Source: Marsupella aquatica (taxonomy: Eukaryota; Plantae; Marchantiophyta). Taken from it: a DNA stretch of 64,000 nucleotides. Each line of letters starts with the position of its first letter. Positions within the stretch are counted from its first letter, which is position 1. The notes beneath the pieces are model-generated. The model made no database searches. It was given only the letters and a program-made list of their open reading frames with translations, and was not told where the DNA came from. The stretch is from the NCBI GenBank assembly GCA_973895155.1, contig OZ316898.1, forward strand, positions 12,613,659 through 12,677,658, given 5' to 3'. Both the position numbers and the translations under genes were made by a program. Of this stretch, positions 61,301 through 64,000 are shown in pieces.

Positions 61301-61825
61301 TGAGTCAGTGACTAACGAGAATCGAATCTCGTCAAACATCCACACAGAAACGCGAAAGGAATGACAGGATCCAAACAAACACAAACTACACGAAGAAACT
61401 GGTAGAAATAGAGGAAGGTCAAGTGATTTTGCTTAAATCCAAGGGGGAGTCACCCCAGGACTTAGTGAAAAGCTTATGTAATTCCACTGCCTAGTCAAGT
61501 AATCTCTCTCGCTCGTGAAAGTTCAGTGGAACAACGACTGTCTGATGTCTGAAGAAGTCTCAACCAATTCTCTCAGAGGCCATCGGTGGAGGGGTACCAA
61601 AGGAGGATAGGCGGGAGAGTGAGCACGGAGTAAATTGCCAAATTTACAATACTTTTGGGTCAGAAGGACGAAAGTTTTTTATCTCGAGACTAGTAACCAA
61701 GTTAGGCCAAAAATCCAGTTGGAACCCTTCGGGATTAGTTAACTTCCGTAAAGTTAACTTTTTATAGTTAGGATAGTTAACTACCAGTCTTCTAACTATC
61801 CCTAACGTTGGGTGGGACCCTACCC
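58310..61825. mobile_element. PIF/Harbinger-like TIR DNA transposon, non-autonomous, 3516 bp
   Basis: Imperfect ~23-bp TIRs GGGTGGGTTCCCACCTAAAGTTA / TAACGTTGGGTGGGACCCTACCC; TAA TSD at 58307-58309 and 61826-61828. The empty site CTCGC-TAA-GCAAACCTAG is present in the paralog at 48051-48068. Confidence 0.9.
58566..58930 (-). repeat. 27-bp-unit repeats (TADDPHSDD-encoding on the minus strand) inside the Harbinger-like element
   Basis: GTGTCGTCACTGTGAGGGTCATC(A/C)GCT repeated in two clusters. Confidence 0.85.
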
Positions 61826-61834
61826 TAAGCAAAC

Positions 61835-63833
61835 CTAGTTAGTCACCTCTTGAATGTAGTTCACAGGTTCTGCCACCTGAATCCTAAAAATGCTCATAAC
61901 ACCAGTATGAGCCTGCTCGGCGTTGTAAAATCCGTCAAAGTTAACTTGCTGCCACGCATCAAGATAGGCACTTCCTGGCTTGGGGAGACATGTGGTCATT
62001 CCCACAACATAGCCTGATTCATCACCAGCTTCGTCACCCTTGCCGTAAATTGGCAGCGATTCGCAAATTACACCATTCTGGAGCATCAGTGAGACACTAT
62101 CTGTTAGCTAATGCTTCAATGTTACACATCCAGGTCCGAATCACATTCAAAATCCACTCGTCCAGATATCCAGCACAAGCTTTCAGAATTGGTTATTATA
62201 AGGTAGTAATAAATGACCTCGATTCCGTAACTAGACCCATTGGAATACGAGGCTACCTGCATTTGAAAAGAATACCTTATCATATAGTATACCACCCATG
62301 CCTCCAGCATGTTGATGCAAAATTGCCTGAATGATATCCCCACCAACTGGCAGAGCTGCAATCGAGTGGCGGCGATCAATGCAACTGATACTCGACTCCT
62401 TGTTGCACTCTGGCACGTCGTACTCAGTCTGCTCACACATTCCAGCGAAGAAGTTATACTCGCCACCATTGCTAGAAGAGCACATATGCTGGCCTCAGCT
62501 CACAACCAATTAACCATTCCAATTACCAGAAGGAACCCAAACGGTACACACTTCCAATATTGACAGTCCGTGGCGTAGGAGAAAGCGGAGCCACATTTCT
62601 AGTCCTCTTCGGTAATGCAAAACCTTAGCAATCGTTCAGGCAGTTAGACAAAATGGCAAGGTCCCACACCCACATCAGAACTTTTGCAAGATACGTTAGT
62701 TCACTAGGAACAAACCCTGACAACTGTCCGGTTCATAACCATAAGATCCAACTAAAGAGACAAGAGAGAACCTCACCTTGCACATTGGCTTTTCAAACAA
62801 CGAAGTCCTGGGGTCAGTAATATCAATGAAGTAGGTCCTCACAGGGGCAATCGTCGCGCCCCATTCCACCCATGTTACTACGTACTTCAGATACAGCTTC
62901 CTGCTTGGGAGAGCGGCGTTCTCCTTCACAGCGCACTGGGTCTTATCGTAACAACAGCGCAAGCCTCCCCTGTATCCTGGTGGTAGAGGAAGTCCTCCGG
63001 AGTCCGTGGTCACTCCATAAGCCTCACATAAACATTCCAAACAGCTGGCGACATGACAGATCTCATTGTTAAACAGCATATTATCAATTGATGATATATT
63101 CCGAATTGAAGTAACTATTGTGGTATTGATACGAAGCGAACTAGCTGAAGAAATTTCGAAAGCACTTCAAGCCGCTGATAAGATCAAATTTGGTACCCAG
63201 CGTTTTCAGTTCTAAGATCTTAATCCGGACGACGCTGGTACCTGGTTGCATCCACGACTCCGCGTGTATCAATGGCGTGCACATTGAGGTACCACGCTTC
63301 CTCGTATCCTTCGGGAATTGCTGCTAGATTCCCTGTTTCAACAGCGTAGGGAGCAGGAAGGCTTCCGTCGGTGCGCCTGGTCTCCGACCCCACGGCATAG
63401 AAACGTGTGTTCTCATTGTCAGTGCAAGTTCCCTGCCTCGTCTCCTGCATTGATTCGATTGCTATCAGCAGGCAAAATCAACTCCAAATCATTGTGCCCT
63501 TAAAACCTCCCTACTGTGTCCATATCGTGCACACTTCTCTAATCACTTTGAATTCGGTCTTGTCGCGTGCAGTCAGCTATTAAGGACTCTTCATGAATAT
63601 TGACAAGACAAATAAAACTCACCGCTGACCTGCTTCACATCAGCCCCTTCCTGGAACTGCATTCGATGTAAATGACCTTCGTGCATGTTGAACACTGCTG
63701 TTGGATCAATAATGTTTTTCGGGCTCGAGCTCACGAGCTCTTTGTGACCCTTTTTCACGAAAACCTTGTTTACCGTCCAGTGATGCAGATACACCTCATA
63801 CAAAGGAACTGAGATTCCGTTCTCATCGACCAC
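61835..63833 (-). CDS. SURNod19 family protein, copy 2 (exon 1 lies beyond the window end)
   Basis: Exons 63623-63833, 63242-63461, 62777-63044, 62276-62428 and 61835-62077 match copy 1 in phase and nearly in size. YLHHW, LNVH, HQH and HTGVM are intact. Confidence 0.92.
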
Positions 63834-64000
63834 CTAAGAAATGAAAGGCCAACCAAGGATTGAACCAATCAACAGCCTGAGCTCACTACTAAGAATAAGT
63901 TTGGCGGGTACGAATTTAGACAACCTTTCATCGTCCCGTCGATGCTCAAGTTCACAATCCACCAATAGCTGGTACGCTTTGAATGACTATTTATCTTCAA

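Overview
Eukaryotic land-plant genomic DNA with spliceosomal introns. A CRE-type LINE is consistent with a seed-free plant, but the host cannot be fixed from this window. Transposons: an intact, very young Ty1/copia element (194-5296, identical LTRs, TSD CAGAG); a Bianca-type copia with a half-tRNA-Ile primer site and a disrupted ORF (9453-16352); two solo LTRs; a Helitron 3' end; a decayed CRE/RLE non-LTR retrotransposon; and a 3.5 kb non-autonomous PIF/Harbinger-like element whose empty site is preserved in a paralog. Host genes: two tandem alanine-aminotransferase-family genes, an intronless bifunctional DHFR-TS with an in-frame transit-peptide-like extension, an S-domain receptor kinase pseudogene, and two tandem SURNod19 genes. 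Main leads: (i) the SURNod19 proteins show a complete PHM/DBH-like copper-monooxygenase ligand pattern; (ii) the second AlaAT copy keeps its PLP-binding residues but has altered substrate-binding residues. Whether these form a metabolic cluster is speculative.
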